A stretch of DNA of 64,000 bases from Dehalococcoidia bacterium (GTDB lineage Bacteria > Chloroflexota > Dehalococcoidia > UBA2979), in assembly GCA_964291495.2 (NCBI GenBank), contig OZ219871.1, positions 1,152,001 to 1,216,000 on the forward strand, read 5' to 3'. The position numbers and the translations under genes are program-made. The notes below the pieces were generated by a model. The model was not told the DNA's origin. It was given only the letters and a program-made list of their open reading frames with translations, and searched no databases. Shown in pieces: positions 39,521-48,558 of this stretch; the stretch's first letter is position 1, and every line of letters starts with the position of its first letter.

Positions 39521-40348
39521 TCAGTAGAGGCGCTGCGCCTCCGCCTCCAGCGCGCGCTGCTCCGCGGCGCCCATCGGTTCGTACGAGGTCGCCGTGGCCA
39601 CGTTCTCTTCGATGCGCGAGGGGAAGCGCGCGCCCGGGATCGCGACCGAGACGCCGGGCTGCGAGAAGACGTAGCGCAGCAGGTTGGGCGGCGTGAGCGG
39701 GCCGTCGTAGCCCTCGGCGATGCGACCGCGCATCACGCTCGTGCGGCCGGAGCCGCCGAGCGGGCGCATCACGATCACGCCCACGTCGTGCTCCCGCGCC
39801 AACTCGATCAGCGGCGCGGTCTCCGTGAAGAACGCCGAGTACTCGAGCATCACCGTCGCGAACTCGCCGCTCTCGATCGCCAGCCTCAGCACCTCGAGGC
39901 TGTGCGAGGAGATGCCGATGTGCTCGATCAGCCCGCGGTACTGGGCGATCTGCAGCCCTTCGAGCGCGCCGTCCTCGCCGGTCGCCTCCTCCCAGGCCTC
40001 GAGCGAGGAGATGTCGTGCAGCTGGTAGAGGCTGATCCGCTCGACGCCGAGCGTGCTCAGCGAGCGGTCGATGTCGTGCTGGCTGCCGTTGATCGAGTGG
40101 CTGAACGTCTTGCTGGCGATGTGGAAGGCTGGCCGGCTGGCCTCGGCGCGCGCACGCACCGCCTGCCCGATCATGAACTCGCTGCCCGCGTACTCGCGCG
40201 CCGTGTCGACGAAGTCGATGCCCAGGTCGAGCGCACGCTCGAGCGTCTGCGGCCCCTCGCGCGCCGTCGGCGTGTCCATCGCGCCGAGGCCCAGCTCGGT
40301 CACCATCAGCCCGGTCCGGCCCAGTCGCCGCCGCCCCAGCTCCGCCAT
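39521..40348 (-). CDS. aldo/keto reductase
   Basis: LGRTGL, DTAREY, ASK, YQLH (D-Y-K-H tetrad). Confidence 0.9.
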   Translation of the reverse strand: MAELGRRRLGRTGLMVTELGLGAMDTPTAREGPQTLERALDLGIDFVDTAREYAGSEFMIGQAVRARAEASRPAFHIASKTFSHSINGSQHDIDRSLSTLGVERISLYQLHDISSLEAWEEATGEDGALEGLQIAQYRGLIEHIGISSHSLEVLRLAIESGEFATVMLEYSAFFTETAPLIELAREHDVGVIVMRPLGGSGRTSVMRGRIAEGYDGPLTPPNLLRYVFSQPGVSVAIPGARFPSRIEENVATATSYEPMGAAEQRALEAEAQRLY

Positions 40349-40372
40349 GCAGCTCGGCCCCGCCCCGAGGCG

Positions 40373-40759
40373 CTAGCCGCCCTCGCCGCGCAGCTGCTCG
40401 AAGTCGAAATCCTCGGGCATGGGGACGACGATCGAGCGGCGGGGCACCTCGACGGTGCGGGCGATGTGGCCCTGCCCGGTGGTGTCGTCGGCGAAGAAGA
40501 CGTCGCCGACGCCGAAGGTGCGCTTCGAGCCGTCGCCGCACTCGATCTCGGCGCTGCCGGAGACGGTGATCACCCACTGGCGGTGCGGCGCGGGGTGGTA
40601 GTCCGTCTCGAAGGCCGCGGTCGATTCGTGGAGGCTGATCTGCGCGGCGTCGAGCAGCGGCGTCCGCACGCCGCGCCCGACATCGAGGGCGAACGCGACC
40701 TCGACGTCCTCGAAGTGGGACTGCCCGTCGTCGCCGGTGTAGATGCGGGTGATTCGCAT
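40373..40759 (-). CDS. cupin domain protein
   Basis: DGQSHFED, HPAPHRQW, DDTTGQGH. Confidence 0.82.
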   Translation of the reverse strand: MRITRIYTGDDGQSHFEDVEVAFALDVGRGVRTPLLDAAQISLHESTAAFETDYHPAPHRQWVITVSGSAEIECGDGSKRTFGVGDVFFADDTTGQGHIARTVEVPRRSIVVPMPEDFDFEQLRGEGG

Positions 40760-40875
40760 GAGTCGCTCCCTCGCGCGGCGGCGATGCTAGCAGGCGTCAG
40801 CCGCCGCCGACTCGACCAGCCGCGCCGGAGTAAGGTAGCGGCGGACGGCAGCGGGCGATCAGCGAGGAGGGCGCG

Positions 40876-41649
40876 ATGGGCTTCATGATGGACGGTATCC
40901 GCATGGACGGCCGCGTCGCCGTCGTGACCGGCGCGGGCAGCGGCATCGGCCGCGCGATCGCGATCGGCATGGCCGACGTCGGCGCGCGCGTCGCGATCGG
41001 CGAGATCAACCCGGAGACCGGCCAGGAGACCGCCGACATGATCACCGAGGCCGGCGGCGAGGCGGTCTCGATCCCGACCGACGTGCGCGACCCGGACTCG
41101 CTGCGTGCGCTCGTCGCCGGAGCGCGCGAGCGCTTCGGGCGGCTCGACGCGATGTTCAACAACGCCGGCGGCAACTTCCAGGCGCCGACCCTCGACGTCT
41201 CGGAGCGAGGTTTCGACGCGGTCGCGCGCATGAACGTGCGCGCCGCCTTCATCGGCAGCCAGGCGGCGGCGCGCGTGATGCTCGATGACGGGCGCGGCGG
41301 CAGCATCGTCAGCACCGCCTCCAGCGCCGCCTACCACGCGACAGGGCAGGGCATCGCCGCCTACGCCGCGGCGAAGGCGGGCATCCTCGGCCTCACTCGC
41401 GAGCTGGCGGCGGAGTGGGGGACGCAGGGCATCCGCGTGAACGCGATCGCGCCCGGGGGCGTGGACAGCCCCGGCCGCCACAGGAACATCCAGCGCCGCG
41501 AGGACGACATCGCCGAGAACTACGGGCTCCTGAAGCGCCTCGGTTCGCCGGAGAACTTCGCGGCGGGGGCGATCTTCCTCGCCTCGGACCTGGCGGCCCA
41601 CATCACCGGCCACACGATTCACATCGACGCCGGTACCGGCGTCTCGTAG
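40876..41649 (+). CDS. SDR family oxidoreductase
   Basis: TGAGSGIG, NNAG, YAAAK. Confidence 0.92.
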   Translation: MGFMMDGIRMDGRVAVVTGAGSGIGRAIAIGMADVGARVAIGEINPETGQETADMITEAGGEAVSIPTDVRDPDSLRALVAGARERFGRLDAMFNNAGGNFQAPTLDVSERGFDAVARMNVRAAFIGSQAAARVMLDDGRGGSIVSTASSAAYHATGQGIAAYAAAKAGILGLTRELAAEWGTQGIRVNAIAPGGVDSPGRHRNIQRREDDIAENYGLLKRLGSPENFAAGAIFLASDLAAHITGHTIHIDAGTGVS

Positions 41650-41655
41650 CGCGCG

Positions 41656-42186
41656 CTACCCCTCGGCCTCCTCGAGGCGTGCGAGGGCGATGCGGCGGGC
41701 GCTGTTGTCGCCCGCTTCGGCGCGCACCTCGATACGTTCCGCCCACTTGATGCTGGTGAAGCACTCGCCGCCCGGCACGACGAGGCGCGCCGGGCCGCCG
41801 TGCTCGGCGGGCAGCGGCTCGCCGTTCACCTCGAGGGCGAGCAGGGCGTCGCGCGCCTGCTCGAGCGGCAGCGGCAGGCTGAAGTCGTCGGCGCTGATCT
41901 GCACCCACACCGCCTGCGACGGCGCTGCCGCCCGATCGAGCAGGTCGGCGACGGGCACGCCGCGCCAGCGCAGGCCCGGCACCGTCCAGCCCTCGAGGCA
42001 GCTGAAGTCGTCGACCATGAGGCGCTGCGGCATCGCGGCGAGGTCGCGGAGATCGAGGTCGAGCGCCGTGTCGACGAGGCCGTCGACGCGCAGCCGCCAG
42101 GCTGCCGGGTCGGGCGCATCGCCCGGGTGGACCGGGAGCGCGTCGAGGACGTGCAGGTCGCCGGCGGCGGAGTGCTGATCGGTCAT
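41656..42186 (-). CDS. molybdopterin-binding oxidoreductase (sulfite oxidase family, Moco domain only)
   Basis: WRLRVDGLV, FSCLEGW, WRGV, NGEPLPAEHGGPARLVVP, SIKW. Confidence 0.87.
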   Translation of the reverse strand: MTDQHSAAGDLHVLDALPVHPGDAPDPAAWRLRVDGLVDTALDLDLRDLAAMPQRLMVDDFSCLEGWTVPGLRWRGVPVADLLDRAAAPSQAVWVQISADDFSLPLPLEQARDALLALEVNGEPLPAEHGGPARLVVPGGECFTSIKWAERIEVRAEAGDNSARRIALARLEEAEG

Positions 42187-42211
42187 CGCAGCTCTCTCGA
42201 TCGCGCAGGGG

Positions 42212-42252
42212 CCCTCACCCCCCGCCCTCTCCCTCGGGGAGAGGGGGCCGGA
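42212..42252. repeat. REP-like palindrome, family A (reverse orientation)
   Basis: CCCTCACCCCCCGCCCTCTCCCTCGGGGAGAGGGGGCCGGA. Confidence 0.85.
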
Positions 42253-42270
42253 GCGCGGGCGCCCGCCCCG

Positions 42271-43239
42271 TTAGTATCCGGCCTGCTTGTCGATCAGGCC
42301 TTCGAGCGGCTCGCCGGTGCGCAGCCGCCAGAGGTTGCCGCAGAAGCGGTCGATGTTCCGAGGCGCACGCAGCTGGCTGGCGCCGGCGGCGTGCGGCGTC
42401 ATCACCACGTCGTCGCGCTGCCACAGCGGGTGGTCCTCGGGCAGCGGCTCGATCGGCACCACGTCGAGCCCTGCCCCGGCGAGCTGGCCGGAGTCGAGCG
42501 CCTCGATCAGGGCGTCGGCGTCGATGATCTCGCCGCGCGTGACGTTGACGATCATCGAGCCGCGCGGCATCCGCGCGAACGCCTCGCGGTCGAACAGGCC
42601 GTGGGTCTCCGGCGTCAGCGGGCAGCAGACCGCAACCACGTCCGAGGCCTCGAGCAGGTCGTTGAAGCGATCCATCGCCCAGACCTCGTCGACATGGTCG
42701 TCGCCCTCGAGGGCGTCGCGGTCGACGGCGATGCTGCGCATGCCGAAGCCCGTTGCGCGCTGCGCGACGGATCGCCCGGTCCCGCCGTAGCCGACGATTC
42801 CCATCACCTTGCCGGTCAGCTCGGTCTCCTGCATGCGCAGCGCGCGTCGCTGGTCCCAGGCCTCGGGGCCGAGCCGGATCGCCGAGCCGACCTTGCGCGT
42901 GAGGGCGAGCAGCAGCGCGAAGGCGTGATCGGCGAGCTGCGGGCCGACCTGCCCCTTCTCGCTCGACAGCATGACCTCGCCGTCACGGAACGCGGGATAG
43001 AGGTAGCGGTTCACTCCCGAGGCAATGGCGTGGACCCAGCGCAGGTTCGGCGCGGCCGCGTACAGCTGCGGCGTCACGAAGCCGAGGACCACGTCCGTCT
43101 CCGCCGCGAACTCCAGCGCCTCGCCGTCCGAGTCGACGACCGTGACCGTCGAGTCCGGCCCGGCGGCCTCCATGATCCGCTCGATGATCTCGGGCGGCAC
43201 CTCGGGCAGGGCCGTCCCCGTAACGATGAGGATGTTCAT
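42271..43239 (-). CDS. D-2-hydroxyacid dehydrogenase
   Basis: GYGGTG, CPLTPET, NVTRG, LDV..IEPL, TPH. Confidence 0.9.
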   Translation of the reverse strand: MNILIVTGTALPEVPPEIIERIMEAAGPDSTVTVVDSDGEALEFAAETDVVLGFVTPQLYAAAPNLRWVHAIASGVNRYLYPAFRDGEVMLSSEKGQVGPQLADHAFALLLALTRKVGSAIRLGPEAWDQRRALRMQETELTGKVMGIVGYGGTGRSVAQRATGFGMRSIAVDRDALEGDDHVDEVWAMDRFNDLLEASDVVAVCCPLTPETHGLFDREAFARMPRGSMIVNVTRGEIIDADALIEALDSGQLAGAGLDVVPIEPLPEDHPLWQRDDVVMTPHAAGASQLRAPRNIDRFCGNLWRLRTGEPLEGLIDKQAGY

Positions 43240-43403
43240 CTTGAGCCCCCAATCGGCAGGGCGGAGCCTACTCCCATCGGCGCGGCGTTGCGTGCGCAGG
43301 GCTGATCGAGCGCCCCAACCGCCGGCCACCTCGGTAGTATGGCGTTCGTAGTGGAGCTGCGAGGCGGCCGCTCCCCCGGTCAGCGCCTCGCGTTGGAGGC
43401 AGC

Positions 43404-44615
43404 ATGATCACCGACGAAATCAAGGTCATCGACGTCGACACGCACGTGACGGAGCCCTACGACCTCTTCACCTCGCGAGTCTCGACCAAGAAGTGGGGCG
43501 ACATGGTGCCCCACGTCCGCACGATTCCCTGGGACACGGCGAGGCAGTGGGATCCGAAGGCGGACCCCGAGACGCTGCGCGACATCTGGATCCTCAACGG
43601 CCAGCCGTCCTCGCCGATCGGCATCACCACCATGGCCGGCTGGCGCGAGTGGCCGCCCGCGCATCCCTCGACCCTCGAGGATTTCGACCCCGGCGCCTAC
43701 GACGCCGAGAAGCGCCTGGAGCGCATGGACGAGTACGGGATGTACGCCCACGTCATCTACCCGAACGTGGCCGGCTTCGGGAACCAGAACTTCCTCAAGC
43801 TCGAGGATCCCGAGCTGATGCTGGCCTGTGTTCAGGCCTACAACGACTTCCTGCACGAGTGGTGCGGCCTCAACCCGGACCGGCTATTGCCGATCATGGC
43901 GGTCCCCTTCTGGGACGTGGATGAGACGGTCAAGGAGATCGAGCGCTGCGCCAAGCTCGGTCACAAGGGCGTGCTGTTCCCGCAGCAGCCGCACTACTTC
44001 GGCGACGCGCCGATGCTCGCGGACCCGCACTGGAACCCGGTCTGGCACACCGCCGAGGACCTGGGCCTGAGCATCAACTTCCACATCGGCTCGGGGAACC
44101 CGGTGGACACGCGCGGTGGCTACGAGGGCAATGGCCCGCAGGCGAACTACTCGGCCGGCACGGTGCGCTTCTTCATGGACAACATGAACGGGATCATGGA
44201 GATCCTGATCTCGGGCATCTGCCACCGCCACCCGAACCTCAACTTCGTCTCCGTCGAGAGCGGCATCGGCTGGGTGCCGTACGTCCTCGAGGCGGTCGAC
44301 TGGCAGTGGCTCAACGCCGGAGGGCGCGACGAGCATCCGGAGATGGACCTGCTGCCGAGCGAGTACTTCAGGCGCCAGGTCTATGCCTGCTTCTGGTTCG
44401 AGCGCGAAGTGGCGCTGCACACGATCGAGATGCTGCCCGACAACGTCCTCTACGAGACGGACTTCCCGCATCCGACGAGCATGTCGCCGGGTCCGGCCTC
44501 GGTCGCGGACAAGCCGAAGGACTTCATCGAGCGCAACCTCAGCTCACTGCCGAGGGAGACGCTACAGAAGATCCTCCACGACAACGCCGCGCGCGTGTAC
44601 AACCTCGACTACTAG
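43404..44615 (+). CDS. amidohydrolase family protein
   Basis: IDVDTHVTEP, AYNDFL, FHIG, ESGIGWVP, ETDFPH. Confidence 0.9.
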   Translation: MITDEIKVIDVDTHVTEPYDLFTSRVSTKKWGDMVPHVRTIPWDTARQWDPKADPETLRDIWILNGQPSSPIGITTMAGWREWPPAHPSTLEDFDPGAYDAEKRLERMDEYGMYAHVIYPNVAGFGNQNFLKLEDPELMLACVQAYNDFLHEWCGLNPDRLLPIMAVPFWDVDETVKEIERCAKLGHKGVLFPQQPHYFGDAPMLADPHWNPVWHTAEDLGLSINFHIGSGNPVDTRGGYEGNGPQANYSAGTVRFFMDNMNGIMEILISGICHRHPNLNFVSVESGIGWVPYVLEAVDWQWLNAGGRDEHPEMDLLPSEYFRRQVYACFWFEREVALHTIEMLPDNVLYETDFPHPTSMSPGPASVADKPKDFIERNLSSLPRETLQKILHDNAARVYNLDY

Positions 44616-44638
44616 CTCCGAAGGCGCGCCCCGCCCTG

Positions 44639-45721
44639 CTAGTCGAAGAGCAGGATGGTGCGCGCGCCGACGTGGGCGCGCTGGTCCTCGAAGGCCTGGT
44701 CCAGGTCCTCGAGCCGTCCGCGCCGCGTGACCAGCTCGTCGAGCTTGAGCTGGCCCTGGCGGTAGAGCTCGAGGTAGCGCGGGATGTCGACGCGCGCGCG
44801 GGTGCGGCCCATGAACACGCCCTGGATGCGCCGGTCCTGGATCAGCAGGTTCGGCGGCAACTCCAGCGGCGCGGTGATGCCCGCGCCGATGATCGACGCC
44901 GTGCCGCCGGCGCGGGTGCAGGCGAAGGCCTGTTCCGCCGTCGCCTTCATCCCGATCGCCTCGAAGGAGTAATGCACGCCGCGCCCTTCGGTCAGGTCGC
45001 GGATCGCCTCGACCGGATCGTCGACCTCCGAGGCGTTCACCAGGTCCGTTGCGCCGAGTTGCCGCGCGCGCTCCAGCTTCTCGTCGGTCAGGTCGACGGC
45101 GATGATCCGGCTCGCCCCGGCGATGCGCGCGCCCTGGACGACCGAGAGCCCGACGCCGCCGAGGCCGAAGACGGCCGCCGTGGTGCCCGGCTTCAGCTCG
45201 GCTGAGCGGAAGACCGCGCCGAGCCCGGTGATCACCCCGCAGCCGACGAGGCAAGCCGTCTCCAGTGGCACGTCGCCGGGCAGCTTCACGACGCCGGCCT
45301 CGGGCACCAGCATGTACTCGGCGAAGCTGCCGACGTTCGTGAGGGCCAGCACGCCCTCGCCGTTGAGCGTGATCCGAGGGCGCTCGTGCCGGCGGCGGCG
45401 CGGCCGGTCGAGGCAGCGGTGCGGGTTGTCGCTCAGGCACTCCTCGCACTGGCCGCAGAAGACGACGCCCGTGACGATCACGCGGTCGCCGGGCTGCACG
45501 TAGCTCACGTCCAACCCGACCGCCTCGACGACGCCGGAGCCCTCGTGGCCGAGGATGCCGGGGGTCGGCCACTGGCCGATGCCCTCGACGAACATCAGGT
45601 CGCTGTGGCAGACGCCGCTGGCGGCGGTGCGGACCAGCACCTCGCGTGGCCACGGGTCGTCGACCTCGACCTCCTCGATCGGCATCGGCTGGTTGGCGCC
45701 GTGGTAGATCGCGGCTCTCAT
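44639..45721 (-). CDS. zinc-dependent alcohol dehydrogenase
   Basis: GVCHSD, GHE, CGQCEEC...C, GCG, GLGGVG. Confidence 0.92.
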   Translation of the reverse strand: MRAAIYHGANQPMPIEEVEVDDPWPREVLVRTAASGVCHSDLMFVEGIGQWPTPGILGHEGSGVVEAVGLDVSYVQPGDRVIVTGVVFCGQCEECLSDNPHRCLDRPRRRRHERPRITLNGEGVLALTNVGSFAEYMLVPEAGVVKLPGDVPLETACLVGCGVITGLGAVFRSAELKPGTTAAVFGLGGVGLSVVQGARIAGASRIIAVDLTDEKLERARQLGATDLVNASEVDDPVEAIRDLTEGRGVHYSFEAIGMKATAEQAFACTRAGGTASIIGAGITAPLELPPNLLIQDRRIQGVFMGRTRARVDIPRYLELYRQGQLKLDELVTRRGRLEDLDQAFEDQRAHVGARTILLFD

Positions 45722-45892
45722 GGTCGACTCCCCTCAAGTGCCGAGTCGCCGGGAGCATAGCGGTCGGCATGAGCAGGGCGCTCAGGGCCGTCACATGCGC
45801 AGCACATGTGCTACGCCGCGGTCGAAATCCTCCCGGTCGACGCCGCCACGGACTGACGCACACGACCCGAGAAAGCAGAACCTCGCCGAGGT

Positions 45893-47032
45893 CTACGCGC
45901 CGTCCTCAAGGCTGGCGTAGGTGGCCTCGATGAGAGTGCGCGCGCGCACGTCGCCGGGCCCGCGAATGCGGTTCATCACGTAGGCGAAGCCGAGCCCCGA
46001 GCCCGGGTCCGCGAAGGCCTGCGAGCCGCCGACGCCGGAGTGCCCGAAGGCGGTCTCCGGCCTCGGGTCGTCCAGCTCCGGCGAGGGCAACTGGAAGCCG
46101 AGCGCGTAGCGGTTCGAGACGCCGATCGTCGCGTCCGTGCCCTCGCTCTGCAGCACGCGCGCCGCCTCGATCGCCTCGCTGCTCAGGAGGCGCACGCCGT
46201 CCAGCTCGCCGCCGCGGGCGAGCGCGCCGTAGAAGCGGGCGAGGCCGCGCGCGTCGCTGTGCGCGTTCCCGGCGGGGATCTCGGCCTCGCGCCACTCGGT
46301 CGTGTTCGCGGTCTCGAAGGTCCACGGCGGATTGTTGTGCGCCATCGCGATGATCGAGGTCACGTCGGGCTCCGGCAGCGGGCTGCGGCTCGGCGGGACG
46401 ATCTCCGCGACGCGCGCCTGCTCGGCGGCGGAGAGCCCGATGTGGAAGTCGAGGCCGAGCGGCTCCACGATCTCCTCGCGGATGAAGGCGCCGACCCGGC
46501 GGCCGCTCACGCGGCGCACGATCTCGCCGATGATCCAGCCGTAGGTCCAGACGTGGTAGCCGTGCCGGGTCCCGGGCTCCCACCACGGCTCGGCCTCGGC
46601 CAGCGCCGCGGTCATCGTCTCCCAGTCGTACTTCGCCTCCTCCGGCAGCAGGCGCCGCGCGCCGACCACGCCGGAGCGGTGCCCCAGCACGTGGCGGACC
46701 GTGACGCCCTCCTTGCCGCCCTGCGCGAACTCCGGCCAGTAGCGCGCCACGGGAGCCTCGATGTCCACGAGCCCGCGGTCGGCGAGCATGTGCAGGCCGA
46801 GCGAGAGCACGCCCTTCCCGGTCGAGTAGAGGTTGACGATCGTGTCGCGCTCCCAGGCGCGCGCGCCGGCGGAGTCGGCGTTCCCCGCCCAGAGGTCGAC
46901 GACCGGCTCGCCGTCGATGGTGACGGCGACCGCGGCGCCGATGTCGCCGCGCTCCGTGAAGTTCTCCTCGAACGCCTCGCGCACCGCAGCGAACCGCGCA
47001 TCGCACTCGCCGTGGATCTCGACCTCGGACAT
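45893..47032 (-). CDS. serine hydrolase (beta-lactamase class C-like esterase)
   Basis: YSTGK (SxxK), YWPEF, PGTRHGYH, FGHSG; ATG at 47032. Confidence 0.9.
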   Translation of the reverse strand: MSEVEIHGECDARFAAVREAFEENFTERGDIGAAVAVTIDGEPVVDLWAGNADSAGARAWERDTIVNLYSTGKGVLSLGLHMLADRGLVDIEAPVARYWPEFAQGGKEGVTVRHVLGHRSGVVGARRLLPEEAKYDWETMTAALAEAEPWWEPGTRHGYHVWTYGWIIGEIVRRVSGRRVGAFIREEIVEPLGLDFHIGLSAAEQARVAEIVPPSRSPLPEPDVTSIIAMAHNNPPWTFETANTTEWREAEIPAGNAHSDARGLARFYGALARGGELDGVRLLSSEAIEAARVLQSEGTDATIGVSNRYALGFQLPSPELDDPRPETAFGHSGVGGSQAFADPGSGLGFAYVMNRIRGPGDVRARTLIEATYASLEDGA

Positions 47033-47171
47033 ACGCCGCCTCCCGACACGCCGGCGCAGCGTACGACAGGCCGCGCGAGGGCGCGCGCGGCCTTCGAGGG
47101 GCGGCGTCATCCGCTACAGTGCCAGCGCGGGAGCCGCCGCGGGCGCGATCTCGCGTGAAGGGTCTATCGAG

Positions 47172-47903
47172 ATGCACGAGACGCTGAGCATCGAGCGCGA
47201 GGGCCGCGTCGCCACGCTCACCGTGACCCGGCCGCCCGTGAACGCGCTCGGCCTCGACATGCTCGAGTCGATGGCCGAGGAGCTGCACCGCCTTGGCGAC
47301 GACCCGGAGATCAGCGCGATCGTCTGGCGCAGCGGCGTGCCCGGCATCTTCAGCGGCGGCTTCGACCTCAACGACCCGCGCAGCGCCAGCTCCACGCCGA
47401 TCCACACTCCGCCCGGCGACCACCTGGTGCGCGTGCGCAACGCGCAGACCGCGCTGCTCGATGTACCCGTGCCGATCATCGTCGCGATCAACGGCGCGGC
47501 GGTCGGCCTCGGGATGCTGATGCCGGCGCTCTGCGACATCGTGATCGCCGGGAGGAGCGCGCGCTTCGGGCTGCCGGAGATCCAGATCAACTCGATCGGC
47601 GGGGCCGGCCACGCGCGCCGCATCCTCCCGGAGCCGGTGCTGCGCTACCTGATGCTGACCGGCCGCCGCGTCACGCCCGAGTACCTGCAGCAGTGCGGCG
47701 CGATCGCGCTCGTCGTCGAGGACGACCAGCTCGACGCGGAGGCGCAGGCGATCGCCTCCGAGATCGCGAGCTACGACCCCGTCGTCGTGCGCAACTCCAA
47801 GATCTCCCTCGAGGCCTTGCGCAAGATCGACGACGTCGCGCTCGCCTACTCGCTCGAGCACAAGTGGGGCGCTGCGCTCCGCTGGTCGCGCCAGCAGGGC
47901 TAA
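47172..47903 (+). CDS. enoyl-CoA hydratase/isomerase family protein
   Basis: RPPVNAL, FSGGFD, VAINGAAVG, FGLPE. Confidence 0.88.
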   Translation: MHETLSIEREGRVATLTVTRPPVNALGLDMLESMAEELHRLGDDPEISAIVWRSGVPGIFSGGFDLNDPRSASSTPIHTPPGDHLVRVRNAQTALLDVPVPIIVAINGAAVGLGMLMPALCDIVIAGRSARFGLPEIQINSIGGAGHARRILPEPVLRYLMLTGRRVTPEYLQQCGAIALVVEDDQLDAEAQAIASEIASYDPVVVRNSKISLEALRKIDDVALAYSLEHKWGAALRWSRQQG

Positions 47904-47984
47904 GGCCGGACCTCGCGCGACAGCCGCGACGCGCCGGTCGCAATCGAGGCCGTGTAACATGATTGCGCACGGGAGCGAACCGGG

Positions 47985-48542
47985 ATGACGACCACAGAGG
48001 CGAAGCTGCTCACCGCCGCCGACCTGCTGCGACTCGGCAGCCGCGGCGTGCGCGGCGAGCTGATTCGAGGGGTGCTCTGCGAGACCATGCCGACGGGACA
48101 CGAGCACGGCAAGATCGTCACCAATCTGGTCATTGCATTGGGCGCCTTCGTGAAGCCCCGGCGGCTGGGGACGCTCGTCGCCTCGGACTCCGGCGTATGG
48201 CTCGAGCGCGATCCGGACACCGTGCGCGAGCCGGACATCGCGTACACCTCGGCGGAGAAGATCCCGCTCGACGCGCGCATCGTCGGCTACGCCGAGGCCG
48301 TGCCCGACCTCGTGGTAGAGGTGCGGTCCCCGAGCGACAGCCGCCGCGAGGTCCACGACAAGGCGCGGATGTGGCTGAGCCACGGCGTACGCATCGCGTG
48401 GGTCGTGCACCCGGACACGCGCACGGTTGACGTGCATCGGCCAGACCAGCCTGCCGCCACCCTCGGCGCGAACGACAGCCTCGAGGGCGGCGACGTGCTG
48501 CCCGGCTTCGCCCACCCCGTGAGCGCCATCTTCGAGGCGTAG
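47985..48542 (+). CDS. Uma2 family endonuclease (DUF820)
   Basis: ELIRG, EPDIAY, PDLVVEVRSP, GGDVLPGF. Confidence 0.9.
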   Translation: MTTTEAKLLTAADLLRLGSRGVRGELIRGVLCETMPTGHEHGKIVTNLVIALGAFVKPRRLGTLVASDSGVWLERDPDTVREPDIAYTSAEKIPLDARIVGYAEAVPDLVVEVRSPSDSRREVHDKARMWLSHGVRIAWVVHPDTRTVDVHRPDQPAATLGANDSLEGGDVLPGFAHPVSAIFEA

Positions 48543-48558
48543 CCGCCTCGTCGCGCCG

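Noticed and set aside
39521-40348. Aldo/keto reductase as the nickel-pincer client
   Set aside because: It keeps the canonical D-Y-K-H tetrad and is not operonic with the lar genes; proximity is the only evidence.
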